In this document: positions 44,152-54,402 of the stretch, one piece after another
Layout of the letters: each line of letters opens with the position of its first letter
Numbering within the stretch: the first letter of the stretch is position 1
Assembly: GCA_963667565.1 (NCBI GenBank)
Contig: OY763415.1
Span: 1,504,001 to 1,568,000 of the forward strand
DNA length: 64,000 nt
DNA from: Acholeplasmataceae bacterium
GTDB lineage: Bacteria; Bacillota_I; Bacilli_A; Acholeplasmatales; Acholeplasmataceae
Direction: 5' to 3'
Notes under the pieces: generated by a model
Told to the model about the DNA's origin: nothing
Seen by the model: the letters and a program-made list of their open reading frames with translations, nothing else
Database searches by the model: none
Translations under genes and position numbers: made by a program

Positions 44152-46308
44152 ATGAATCTAAGTAAACATAAAAAAATATATATTCTGTTCGTTATTTTAT
44201 ATTTTGTACTGAATGTATTTAATACGTATTTTTTAACTGCACAAGTTTTAAATAAATATATCGCGCCATTTCCGCATACATTTTCTGGTGAATTAAATGC
44301 AATCATTGGTAATTCAACGATTCTTTTATTCTTTTTAGTGATTGGTAATCGTCTTTTTAGAAAAGCAAAAACAAGAATGTATTACTTAACATCAATCACA
44401 TTAATTCTCAATTTCTTTATTTTTGCTTTTGGTGCATTTACACTATTTTTTGGGACAGCTTTTTCAGTAGATGGTTTAGCAATCTTTAATAATCCTGCTG
44501 AAGGGTTCGCCTCTTCAACATTTAGAGAAATCATTCATGAATTGATTTATTATTACAGAATTGTGGTTTTCTTACCATCAGTCATACTCCTTGGGTTTAC
44601 CATATGGGCTAGTGTTAAAAAACTTAATCAAGTTAAATTTAGAAGTCCACTTCAAAGATATCTTATTGGTATCTTAGGCATTGCCGTTTTATGGTTTTCT
44701 ACCTCTAGTGTATTTATTCATAAAATGAGGGATGAAATACCTGTAGCTTCAACACTACCATCTTATGCAGTTCAAAATTATGGAGCTTATCCATATTATT
44801 TTGGTGAATTATTAGGTGTTAATTATTCTGTAGATCTAGAGAGTCAACTTAATTTAGATAATGAACAAGCTTTAGCAGATGCTTATCAAGCATATAATAA
44901 AAATCAAGAGAGTTATGTAAATTATTTTAACGGGCAAATATATTCTAATCAATTAACGTTAGCTCATGCAACCAGTGATTTATATATTGATCCTAGTATC
45001 GCAAATGGAAGTAACTTAAATGGTATTTTAGAAGGGAAAAACCTTGTGTTAATTCATCTAGAATCTTTAAACTATTTCTTACTTGAGTTTATGCAAAAAG
45101 AAGCAGCTAAAGGAAATTCCGAAGTTGTTGAACAAGCAGTTACTTTTATGAATCACATATTTGAACAAAGCTTTGTTTTTGAAAACATGTACAACAATGT
45201 CGGTATGGGTGTAAGTTCAGACGGTGAACTTGCAGTACTAACAGGTACAAATCCAACAGGGCATGAAACGCTTTATTGGCAATATGGCGACATTGAATAT
45301 CAATTAAATTCACTTGTGGACTATTTTAATCAAGAAGGTTATTATACAGAAGCTATACATGGTGATCAAGCATCATTTTATAATAGGGATGTTGTATATC
45401 CACAAATGTATGGTTTTGATGAATATTATTCAATTAATGATTTTGTTCAAGATGGGGCCAATTTAGAACAAGGTTATTTATATGATATGGTTAATCAGTC
45501 ATGTCATGTAAGTCCATGGATTAGTGATTATGAGCTTGCTGATTATGTTTCAAATTTAGGATCAAACATAACTGCTCCATATTTTTTATTTCCTATCACG
45601 ATGATGGGACATACACCTTATGATTTTGGACCTTATGAAAATGAAACACTTTATCCAGATTATCAAGCTACAGCATTAGGTAATATCTTTGGTATTACAG
45701 AACGCTACATAAACTATGGACCATATTATATGAATATCATTAAAAGATTCTTTTTAGCTGATGGCAATACAGATCAAACGCTTGATAATACAGTATATGT
45801 ATTTTATAGTGATCACGGATCAGATTTAAAGAGCGGAGATGTTTCAACCATTATGGATGAATCTTACAATGTATTAAATGAAAGACAAATGTTACAACAC
45901 ATTGTTTCATTTATATATGTGCCAGGAGATACTTATGTAGATTATGGTGATTATTCACTTAGAAAAGGATTATTAACAGGAACTCAACCGCTTGTCAGAT
46001 CCGAAATTGATTTGTATAGAACCATGATTGAACTCTTTAATCTTGATGCATCAGGAGATTTATATTTTGGCGTTAATGGATTAAGTACTGAACCCACATT
46101 TGCTCTTGATAACAGATTAGAAGATGTTGTATTAGATCAATACTTTTATTCTATGAGAAATATTAATCAGGTTTATCCAAAAGATATAGAAGTTGATCAA
46201 GATGTTTATGATTATATATTAAGGTATAAATTGTTAACGGATTATTTATTATCAAAAGGCGATATGCAAAATCAAATCAAAGAGGCGATTGCTCATGTTT
46301 ATGGATAA
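44152..46308 (+). CDS. LTA synthase (LtaS)/sulfatase-fold membrane protein
   Basis: 5 N-terminal TM helices; NLVLIHLES, GMGVSSDGE, HG...FYNR, GHTPY, YSDHG. Confidence 0.85.
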   Translation: MNLSKHKKIYILFVILYFVLNVFNTYFLTAQVLNKYIAPFPHTFSGELNAIIGNSTILLFFLVIGNRLFRKAKTRMYYLTSITLILNFFIFAFGAFTLFFGTAFSVDGLAIFNNPAEGFASSTFREIIHELIYYYRIVVFLPSVILLGFTIWASVKKLNQVKFRSPLQRYLIGILGIAVLWFSTSSVFIHKMRDEIPVASTLPSYAVQNYGAYPYYFGELLGVNYSVDLESQLNLDNEQALADAYQAYNKNQESYVNYFNGQIYSNQLTLAHATSDLYIDPSIANGSNLNGILEGKNLVLIHLESLNYFLLEFMQKEAAKGNSEVVEQAVTFMNHIFEQSFVFENMYNNVGMGVSSDGELAVLTGTNPTGHETLYWQYGDIEYQLNSLVDYFNQEGYYTEAIHGDQASFYNRDVVYPQMYGFDEYYSINDFVQDGANLEQGYLYDMVNQSCHVSPWISDYELADYVSNLGSNITAPYFLFPITMMGHTPYDFGPYENETLYPDYQATALGNIFGITERYINYGPYYMNIIKRFFLADGNTDQTLDNTVYVFYSDHGSDLKSGDVSTIMDESYNVLNERQMLQHIVSFIYVPGDTYVDYGDYSLRKGLLTGTQPLVRSEIDLYRTMIELFNLDASGDLYFGVNGLSTEPTFALDNRLEDVVLDQYFYSMRNINQVYPKDIEVDQDVYDYILRYKLLTDYLLSKGDMQNQIKEAIAHVYG

Positions 46309-46939
46309 ACTTATCAAACATAAAACGTATATCATTTTGACGGTTTTATATATGCTTTTGACAACAGTTGTTGGAGCAATACTTCAAAACGGCTTGATTT
46401 TATTTTTAACAATCAATATGTTTTTAGCAGCACTTTCATGGGGAATCAGTTTAGTTGTTGAGTATTTTTATGAGAAAAAAATGCATCGATGGATCATCGT
46501 TTTGATGTCTTTTTTATGGGTGTTGTTTTTCCCTAATGCAATTTATATGACGACTGATTTTATCCATTTACAAAACTATTCATTTTTCAAAATATATTCC
46601 ATTAGTTACACTTATTTAAGTATGGATTGGCTTGTATTACTCATTATTTTTACAGGTGCAATATTTAGTGCTTATTTAGGCATCATGAGCATAAAAAAAA
46701 TGATGAGCATCCATCACATCAAAAATCAATATACATATATATGGTTAACTGGCTTATTTGCATTATCTAGTATAGGTATTTATATTGGTAGATTTATGAG
46801 ACTTAATTCATGGGATTTTTATCGAGTAGATATAATCTTTAAGGGTATATTTAATGAATTTACGTTCTTCTTAAGTTTTTTAGGTATATTTATAGTCGTT
46901 CACTATATTTATTATTTCTTATTTAAAGATAAAGTATAA
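46289..46939 (+). CDS. DUF1361 membrane protein
   Basis: NMFLA, WVLFFPNAIYMTTDFIHL, GIYIGRFMRLNSWD. Confidence 0.85.
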   Translation: MLMFMDKLIKHKTYIILTVLYMLLTTVVGAILQNGLILFLTINMFLAALSWGISLVVEYFYEKKMHRWIIVLMSFLWVLFFPNAIYMTTDFIHLQNYSFFKIYSISYTYLSMDWLVLLIIFTGAIFSAYLGIMSIKKMMSIHHIKNQYTYIWLTGLFALSSIGIYIGRFMRLNSWDFYRVDIIFKGIFNEFTFFLSFLGIFIVVHYIYYFLFKDKV

Positions 46940-47003
46940 AAAAACAAAAGTCGGTTGTTCCGACTTTTTTCATGCTAGAATAAAATAAAACGAGGTAAGT
47001 TTT

Positions 47004-47582
47004 ATGTCACTGGTGATTAGAAAATTAGATGAGACAATGATTGATGATTATATCCATTTTTTTGATCATAACGCTTTTAATGATCATAGTGAATATGAAG
47101 GGTGTTATTGTGCGTTTTATCATTTTGGTAAAGAAGTTGAAGAAGCGTTTCAACATATAGAGGATTGGACAGCAGAAACAAAAAGACGCGCAATTGAAAT
47201 GATTAAAGATAAAACCCTTCAAGGATACTTAGCATATGATGGAAATGACATCGTTGGCTGGGTGAGCACCAATAGAAAAGAAAAATATTTACGCATCATG
47301 GAAAATCCGATTTATCATACAGAAAATGATCAACACATTCAATCTATTACTTGTTTTATTGTTGACCCAAAGAGAAGAAAAGAAGGGATTGCCACAAAAC
47401 TTTTAGAGCATGTGATTAAGTCATCAAAAGATGAAGACATTAAGTATTTAGAAGCTTACCCAAGAATCAATACGTATAGTTGTTTATTTAATTTTCATGG
47501 CTATTTATCAACATTCGAAAAATTGGGATTTAAGATTTATAAAACATTAGAAGAAGATGCAATTGTTAGATTGAGTATATAA
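47004..47582 (+). CDS. GNAT family N-acetyltransferase
   Basis: CYC, GYLAY...VGW, CFIVDPKRRKEGIATKLL, EAYP, FEKLGF. Confidence 0.9.
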   Translation: MSLVIRKLDETMIDDYIHFFDHNAFNDHSEYEGCYCAFYHFGKEVEEAFQHIEDWTAETKRRAIEMIKDKTLQGYLAYDGNDIVGWVSTNRKEKYLRIMENPIYHTENDQHIQSITCFIVDPKRRKEGIATKLLEHVIKSSKDEDIKYLEAYPRINTYSCLFNFHGYLSTFEKLGFKIYKTLEEDAIVRLSI

Positions 47583-47606
47583 AAAAAGGCGATTGCGCCT
47601 TTTTAT
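47581..47606. terminator. Bidirectional terminator between the GNAT gene and uppP
   Basis: AAAAAGGCG-ATTG-CGCCTTTTT between convergent genes. Confidence 0.75.
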
Positions 47607-47607
47607 T

Positions 47608-48423
47608 TTAAAATACCCAAACACTCAATACGATAGATAAGATACCTACTATTAAACAGTAAATTGAGAAATAAATTAAATTCTTAACTTTTACATATTG
47701 ATACAATAATTTTACAGAAATTAAACTAAATACGAAACTCATAACAAATGCTAATCCATAACCTAAAAAGTCGATAGATTCAACAGCGTGATATGCATCA
47801 TAAAATCCTAGAATCATCACCGGAACAGAAACGATAATATAACTCAAGAATGAGAACTTAAGTACTTTTTTAAGTTCTATTTTTTGTGTTAACCCACCAA
47901 TCATCGTAATGCCTGATCTTGATATTCCAGGTAGTACACCAAATGCTTGAAATGCACCAATCACTAACGCATTTTTCCAAGTGATGTCACGATGCCATTG
48001 AACGTTTCTTGTATAGTAAACATAAAACAATAAGACACCAGTAACAATTAAGGAAAATCCGACAGTTAAGAGATCATCCGGTAAATAATCTTTGATGATT
48101 AGACCTACAATTCCTATAGGAACAACAGCAATTAAAAGTTTTAATACATAATTAAAATCTTCTTTAAAAGTCATGTCTTTCTTGGTTATAAATTTCCATG
48201 TTCCTGTAATTAAATCACCAATATCTTTTCTAAAAAAGAAAAACAAAGCCAAGAAAGAACCTGTATTTGTTACCATTAAAAAGATGGTTAAATTTGATAA
48301 ATCCATACCCAAAATCCGACTAAAAATAGTGAGATGCCCACTGCTTGAAACCGGAAATATTTCTGTAATTCCTTGTACAATACCAAGTATTATGTATTTA
48401 ACTATTTCTATTATTCTGTCCAT
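47608..48423 (-). CDS. uppP: Undecaprenyl-diphosphate phosphatase (BacA)
   Basis: LGIVQGITEIFPVSSSGHL, PGISRSG.T. Confidence 0.95.
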   Translation of the reverse strand: MDRIIEIVKYIILGIVQGITEIFPVSSSGHLTIFSRILGMDLSNLTIFLMVTNTGSFLALFFFFRKDIGDLITGTWKFITKKDMTFKEDFNYVLKLLIAVVPIGIVGLIIKDYLPDDLLTVGFSLIVTGVLLFYVYYTRNVQWHRDITWKNALVIGAFQAFGVLPGISRSGITMIGGLTQKIELKKVLKFSFLSYIIVSVPVMILGFYDAYHAVESIDFLGYGLAFVMSFVFSLISVKLLYQYVKVKNLIYFSIYCLIVGILSIVLSVWVF

Positions 48424-48519
48424 ATGATCACCATTTGTATTATAGCATAATAAAAACCAAATATTGTGTTAAAATATGAGTATGTTAAACTTTGTTAATA
48501 GACAAGAAGAGGAAAATTT

Positions 48520-49410
48520 ATGAAATCCATCATTAAAATCATTAAAGGCGGACTCATAGGCATGGGAAATATTCTTCCTGGTATTAGTGGTTCTATGATT
48601 GCTGTTATTCTTAATATTTATCAAGATTTGATTGAAGCGCTAAACGCATTATTCAAACACCCTTTTAAAGCTATAAAGTCAGTGTGGGAATATGCCGTTG
48701 GTGTCGTTATAGGTATTGTTTTAGGTTTAGTTGTAGTTAGTTATTTATTAGATATTGCCCCACTACCTGTAACATTATTATTTATAGGATTTATTGTTGG
48801 AGCTATCCCAACATTATATAAACAATTTCATGGAACAAAAATCAAATGGCACCATGTGCTTGTCTTTTTAGTATCTGCTATATTGATGTTACTTGTACTT
48901 TTAGTTAAGGAAAACACGGGGACTTATGGTGGATTTTGGTATCAAGTATCAGTGTTATTTGTTGGTGTTATATATGCGATTGCAATGATTATTCCTGGAT
49001 TATCTGGAGCAACCATGCTCATGGCATTTGGATTTTATCAAATCTTATTAGATATGGTTTCAAGTTTTAAAGATGCACTCATCTCACTAGATTTTCAAGC
49101 ATTTTTAGCACAACTACCGCTTTTATTATTACTTGCCGCTGGTGCACTTGTTGGTTTAGTCGTCATGGGTAAAATTATGGCATGGTTTATGAAGAAACAT
49201 CATGAACATTTTATCGTAGCAGTTTTAGGCATTGTCGTTGTTTCACCGATCAATATTTTAGTTTTACTTCAAAAAGAATCATCAGCAAATGTTTATGATC
49301 AACCTTGGTATATGTATGCAATGAGTATCATTACTTTGGTTTTAGGTATATTATTAACATTGTGGTTAGCAAACACTAACCGAAAGAAAGAGGGAAAATT
49401 AAATGATTAA
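48520..49410 (+). CDS. DUF368 membrane protein (polyprenyl-phosphate translocase family)
   Basis: KG.LIG..NILPGISGS and AMIIPGLSGA re-entrant motifs. Confidence 0.88.
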   Translation: MKSIIKIIKGGLIGMGNILPGISGSMIAVILNIYQDLIEALNALFKHPFKAIKSVWEYAVGVVIGIVLGLVVVSYLLDIAPLPVTLLFIGFIVGAIPTLYKQFHGTKIKWHHVLVFLVSAILMLLVLLVKENTGTYGGFWYQVSVLFVGVIYAIAMIIPGLSGATMLMAFGFYQILLDMVSSFKDALISLDFQAFLAQLPLLLLLAAGALVGLVVMGKIMAWFMKKHHEHFIVAVLGIVVVSPINILVLLQKESSANVYDQPWYMYAMSIITLVLGILLTLWLANTNRKKEGKLND

Positions 49411-50269
49411 AAAAGCAGTTATTCCTGCAGCGGGGTATGGTACAAGATTTTTACCAATTACAAAAGCACTACCAAAAGAGATGTTACCAATTATTGATCG
49501 ACCAACAGTTGAGTTTATCGTCAATGAAGCTGTCTCAAGCGGCATCACAGATATTTTACTTGTTGTAAGCAGTAATAAAAACGCACTTGTTGATTACTTT
49601 GATAGAAATATAGAACTTGAATATAAACTTTTAGAAAATCAAAAAGATTATGAATATGGATTAATCACGAATATTGCACCTGGAGCAAACATTCATTTTA
49701 TAAGACAAAAAGAGCAATTAGGGTTAGGACATGCTGTACTTCAAGCTGAAACGTTTGTTGGAAAAGATGATTTTGCAGTACTTCTTGGTGATGACATGTA
49801 TGTCAATCACGATTATCCAGCAACAAAACAAATGATTGATGCTTATGAATCTGTTAAAGCATCTGTGTTAGGAACCATTGAAGTCACATTAGAAGATACT
49901 GCAAAATATGGTATTTGTGATCCTAAAGAAGAAAGTAACGATAAACTTAAAGAATTAAAGAGCGTTGTTGAAAAACCAAATCCAAAAGATGCCCCTTCAA
50001 GAAGTGCTATTGGTGGAAGATATATATTAACACCAACCATTTTCAAATATTTAAAAGATCAATCTAAAGGTAAAGGGAATGAAATTCAACTTACTGATGC
50101 TATATTAAGAATGATGGCAGAAGAAAAGGTATATAGTTTTGACTTAGATGCTAAAAGATATGATGTTGGTAAAAAAATTGATTATATTGAAGCCATCTTA
50201 GATTTTGGATTACAAAGAAGTGAACTTAAGAAAGAACTCCAAGATTTAATCAATAAAAAAGCAAAATAA
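49403..50269 (+). CDS. galU: UTP--glucose-1-phosphate uridylyltransferase
   Basis: KAVIPAAGYGTRFLPITKALPKEMLP, LGLGHAV, VEKP, EIQLTD. Confidence 0.95.
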   Translation: MIKKAVIPAAGYGTRFLPITKALPKEMLPIIDRPTVEFIVNEAVSSGITDILLVVSSNKNALVDYFDRNIELEYKLLENQKDYEYGLITNIAPGANIHFIRQKEQLGLGHAVLQAETFVGKDDFAVLLGDDMYVNHDYPATKQMIDAYESVKASVLGTIEVTLEDTAKYGICDPKEESNDKLKELKSVVEKPNPKDAPSRSAIGGRYILTPTIFKYLKDQSKGKGNEIQLTDAILRMMAEEKVYSFDLDAKRYDVGKKIDYIEAILDFGLQRSELKKELQDLINKKAK

Positions 50270-50307
50270 CTTTACTTTTTTATACGCAAAACATATAATA
50301 AAAGTAA

Positions 50308-50520
50308 CACGAAGAAGGTAATAAGTAATCAAACTTATGATGTAGAGAGAACACGGTTGGTGAAAGTGTTTGAAAGAAGTTGATGAAATCTATACCAAAG
50401 TGATGCTAATCCCATCCGTCGCTCAGCGTTAATGAGATTAAAGGGCTAGTTATTTTAACTAGAACTAAGGTGGTACCGCGAGATTTCGTCCTTAGACATC
50501 ATGTCTAGGGATTTTTTTAT
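50308..50520 (+). ncRNA. T-box riboswitch (Ser, specifier UCU)
   Basis: AGAGA and GGTGAAA motifs, GAAA-TCT at 50389-50391, GCGTTA, AAGGTGGTACCGCG at 50467, terminator with T-run. Confidence 0.92.
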
Positions 50521-50538
50521 TAAAAAGGAGGCATATAT

Positions 50539-51816
50539 ATGCTAGATTTAAAATTTGTTGTAGAACATATTGAAGAAGTGATTAAAAAACTAGAAACCAG
50601 ACAAGCAAATTTCTCGTATTTGAGAGAACTTGTTGTTTTACAAGATAAAAGAAAACAAGTGATTTTAGATGTTGAAACATTAAAAGCCAAAAGAAATGAG
50701 GCATCTAAAAAAATAGGCGAGCTTAAAAGAAACAAATTGGATGCTACTGAAGTATTAAATGAAGTCTCTACGATTGGTGATGAAATCAAAGCTTTAGATG
50801 AACTACTAAAACAAATTGAAGTAGACATTAAAGCTATTTTAGATGTAACACCAAACATTCCATGTCATGATACACCTATTGGTGTTGATGAAAATGATAA
50901 CGTAGAAGTCAAAAAAGTTGGCGAGATTAAAACTTTTGACTTTGAAGTAAAAGATCATGTAGAACTTGCTCAAAATTTAGGCATCTTAGATTTTGAAAGA
51001 GCTGCAAAAGTTACTGGTACGAGATTTGTTTATGATAAGGGATTGGGTGCGAGACTTGAACGTTCACTTATTCAATTTATGATGGACATGCATGCAATTG
51101 ATCATGGATATACCGAAATTATTCCACCATACATTATCAATGGTGAAAGTATGTATGGCACAGGTCAGTTTCCAAAATTTAAGGAAGATGCTTTCAAATT
51201 AGAACTTTCTGATCAAGATTATTATTTAAATCCAACGGCTGAAGTGCCTACGATTAATATGTATCGTGATGAGATTTTAAACGGTGAAGAATTACCACTT
51301 AAATATTGTGCATATTCAACTGCATTTAGATCTGAAGCCGGATCTGCAGGAAGAGATACAAAAGGTATTTTAAGACAACATCAATTTCATAAAGTTGAAT
51401 TGATTAAGTTTACAAAACCAGAAGATTCATATGAAGAATTAGATAAGATGTTATTAAATTCTGAAGAAGTTTTAAAACGATTAGAACTTCCTTATCGCGT
51501 TGTTTCATTATCAACAGGTGATTTAGGATTTGGCGCTGCTAAAACATATGATATTGAAGTATGGTTACCAGGACAAAACAAATATCGAGAAATCGGATCT
51601 ATTTCAAATGATGAAGACTTTCAAGCAAGACGTGCTAATATCAGATTTAAACGTACAAAAGATGCGAAAACAGAATATGTACATACCCTTAATGGATCAG
51701 GTTTAGCTGTGGGTAGAACAATGATCGCGATTATCGAAAACTATCAAAATGCAGATGGCACGATTACAGTTCCAAAAGTTTTAATTCCTTATATGAAAGT
51801 AGAAGTTATTAAATAA
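50539..51816 (+). CDS. serS: Serine--tRNA ligase
   Basis: N-terminal coiled coil, [30 protein letters not shown]. Confidence 0.98.
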   Translation: MLDLKFVVEHIEEVIKKLETRQANFSYLRELVVLQDKRKQVILDVETLKAKRNEASKKIGELKRNKLDATEVLNEVSTIGDEIKALDELLKQIEVDIKAILDVTPNIPCHDTPIGVDENDNVEVKKVGEIKTFDFEVKDHVELAQNLGILDFERAAKVTGTRFVYDKGLGARLERSLIQFMMDMHAIDHGYTEIIPPYIINGESMYGTGQFPKFKEDAFKLELSDQDYYLNPTAEVPTINMYRDEILNGEELPLKYCAYSTAFRSEAGSAGRDTKGILRQHQFHKVELIKFTKPEDSYEELDKMLLNSEEVLKRLELPYRVVSLSTGDLGFGAAKTYDIEVWLPGQNKYREIGSISNDEDFQARRANIRFKRTKDAKTEYVHTLNGSGLAVGRTMIAIIENYQNADGTITVPKVLIPYMKVEVIK

Positions 51817-51955
51817 CACAATTTCACATGAAAAAAACATTGACATCACATACTGTTTTGTTATACTTTAGGTACTTCATTTTTTCTCTCGTTTTAACTC
51901 TCTATGATATAATAAGTGTGCGAAAGCACGCTTATTTTATTAATAAAAAGGTGGT

Positions 51956-52618
51956 ATGATTATGAAAATATATTATGTAGAAGATGAAAAAGACTTAGCA
52001 GAAATCATTAGAAAATATTTATCAAGAGAAGGGTTTGAGACAACAGTTTTCCATGATGGGGAAACTGCTATGGAACATATCAACGATCAAGTTGATTTAT
52101 GGATATTAGATATCATGCTCACAGGCGAAATCAATGGATATGACTTAATTAAGGCGCTTAAAGAAAATAATAGTCCATCATCAGTCATTTTTACTTCAGC
52201 TCGTGATCAGGATTTGGATAAAATCATGGGTCTTGAATTAGGTAGCGATGACTATTTAGCAAAACCTTATTCACCAAGAGAATTAATCTTACGTGTGAAG
52301 GCTGTTTTAAAACGTAGACAACAAGCTAGTGCTACCGATGTAATTATGTATGAACCTTATGAAATTAATTTGTCAAAGCGTGAAATCAGATTTGAAAATG
52401 AAATGATTGAATTGACGAATAAAGAATTTGAATTATTGTTATTCTTTCTAAAAAATATGAATACAGCATTTGCAAGAGAAGAAATTCTTAAACATGTATG
52501 GGGCGACAACTATTATGGTAGTGATCGTGTCGTTGATGATTTGTTGAGAAGATTAAGACATAAAATGCCTCAATTAAAAATTGAGACGATTTACGGGTAC
52601 GGATATAGATTATTATGA
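51956..52618 (+). CDS. OmpR-family response regulator (CssR-like)
   Basis: VEDE, LDIML, FTSARD, DDYLAKPY, wHTH ETIYGYGY. Confidence 0.93.
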   Translation: MIMKIYYVEDEKDLAEIIRKYLSREGFETTVFHDGETAMEHINDQVDLWILDIMLTGEINGYDLIKALKENNSPSSVIFTSARDQDLDKIMGLELGSDDYLAKPYSPRELILRVKAVLKRRQQASATDVIMYEPYEINLSKREIRFENEMIELTNKEFELLLFFLKNMNTAFAREEILKHVWGDNYYGSDRVVDDLLRRLRHKMPQLKIETIYGYGYRLL

Positions 52619-53910
52619 GAAAACACTTTAAGTTAGCAACACAAATCAATATGATTTTTACTGCGGTGGCGTTGTTAACGAGTCTCGTGTTTTTATTTGC
52701 TTTAAATCGTGTGTTTAGCGATTTTAGAGAACAACAAAATTTAGTTCAGCTACAAATTTATTTTGATGATGTCATGCAAAGAGGTTATTTAGCTGAAAGT
52801 GATTACAATGGTTTTGTTGTTTATGAAGGTGGAACTTCGCTTTATTATAGCAATTTTGGTTCTATCGATAATGTATTTGATTCTGAAACGCTATATGATT
52901 ATTATCTCGTTAATTGGAAACCTTCTGATTTTGAAATTCAAGGGAATATGTATATTCAAGAAACATTTAAAATTCAAATTGGTAAAGAACTCTATACGTT
53001 TATTGTTGATACCAATCGATCAAGAGTTGTCATTGGTTTTACAGGTCATGAATATTTAGAAGTAGCAACCAATGAATTTACGACACTCTTACAAATTAGT
53101 TTTATTGCTCTTATTTTATTAGGGAATGTGATTATTCTTACTTGGTCAAGACTTACTGTTGATCGTGTTAGAAAACTTCAAACAGATGTTGGTAATCTTG
53201 TCGCTTATAATTATTCGGTCCCTATTGAAATTACAGGTCGAGATGAAATTACAGGACTTGCATTAGAAATTGAGAAAATGCGTAGAGAAATTGAAAGTAG
53301 TGAGAAGACAAAGAAAGAAATGCTACAAAACGTTTCTCATGATTTTAAAACACCAATTGCCGTCATCAAATCATATGCAGAAGCGATTGCTGATGGTGTT
53401 TCAGATCCAAAAGAAGCGGAAGTTATCATTAAGCAAATCGATATTTTAAATCAAAAAGTAAGACAATTGCTTGAATTTAATAAATTAGAATATTTAAAAG
53501 ATGTTTCTGAATTTGAGATGATTTCAATTAAAGATGTATTACTTAATATTGTTAATGCTCAAAAATATCGATCTCATATTAAATTTGAAACCGATTTAGA
53601 TGATTCGAAATATTTTGGTATTTATGAAAACTTTAATATTATATTTTCTAATATTGTTGATAATGCCCTTAGATATGCTAAATCAACGATTAAAATCACA
53701 TTAAAGAATAGAAAACTCACCTTCTATAACGATGGTGAGCCAATTAGTGAAAACTTTGTAGAACACATGTTTAAACCATACGAAAAAGGACATAAAGGTC
53801 AATTTGGATTAGGTATGAGCATTGTTCAAAAAACATGTGAACATTTTAATTTATCACTTTCAGTTAAAAATGTGAATGATGGTGTTGAGTTTACGATAGA
53901 GCCTTTTTAA
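52615..53910 (+). CDS. HAMP sensor histidine kinase (CssS-like)
   Basis: 2 TM helices, HAMP (DEI..LA), SHDFKTP, NALRYA, GLGMSIV. Confidence 0.93.
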   Translation: MRKHFKLATQINMIFTAVALLTSLVFLFALNRVFSDFREQQNLVQLQIYFDDVMQRGYLAESDYNGFVVYEGGTSLYYSNFGSIDNVFDSETLYDYYLVNWKPSDFEIQGNMYIQETFKIQIGKELYTFIVDTNRSRVVIGFTGHEYLEVATNEFTTLLQISFIALILLGNVIILTWSRLTVDRVRKLQTDVGNLVAYNYSVPIEITGRDEITGLALEIEKMRREIESSEKTKKEMLQNVSHDFKTPIAVIKSYAEAIADGVSDPKEAEVIIKQIDILNQKVRQLLEFNKLEYLKDVSEFEMISIKDVLLNIVNAQKYRSHIKFETDLDDSKYFGIYENFNIIFSNIVDNALRYAKSTIKITLKNRKLTFYNDGEPISENFVEHMFKPYEKGHKGQFGLGMSIVQKTCEHFNLSLSVKNVNDGVEFTIEPF

Positions 53911-54304
53911 TTAAAAGGGCTCTTTCTTTATACGCGGTTTCTTCCAGCATACCCATATGATTTTGAAATTTAAATGTCACATCGTTTTTATCATATCTTG
54001 GGATGATATGGATGTGGAAATGAAAAACAGATTGTCCTGCGGTTTCACCCGTATTATTTAAGATATTTATACCAGAAGGTTGAAATGCAGCGTTGATTGC
54101 TTGTGTTATTTTTTGTGTTACTAAGATTACCTTTTGAAGTAGATCTTGAGGCATTTCTAAGATATTAGGATATGCTTTTTTAGGCACAACTAAAGTATGT
54201 CCTTTTGTTGCTTGAGATATGTCTAAAAATGAGATCACATCTTCATCTTCATAAACGATATAGGCTGGAATTTCTCTTTCAATTATTTTTTCAAAAATAG
54301 TCAT
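53891..54304 (-). CDS. HIT family protein
   Basis: GHTLVVPK, GQSVFHFHIHIIPR. Confidence 0.95.
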   Translation of the reverse strand: MTIFEKIIEREIPAYIVYEDEDVISFLDISQATKGHTLVVPKKAYPNILEMPQDLLQKVILVTQKITQAINAAFQPSGINILNNTGETAGQSVFHFHIHIIPRYDKNDVTFKFQNHMGMLEETAYKERALLIKKALS

Positions 54305-54402
54305 GAATAAAACCCTCTTTCTTGGCTTTATTGTATCATATTTAGATTGAATTAAGGTCTTAAAAATGCTATAATAAATGCGTATATAGGAGGAAATTTA
54401 AT

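Noticed and set aside
51812..51940. CACA-containing repeats, a TTTCACATGAAA near-palindrome and a hairpin upstream of the response regulator
   Set aside because: Could be an autoregulatory box and the serS terminator, but too short and AT-rich to call
53891..53910. 20-bp convergent overlap of the histidine kinase and HIT genes
   Set aside because: Common in compact genomes; no evidence of a functional link
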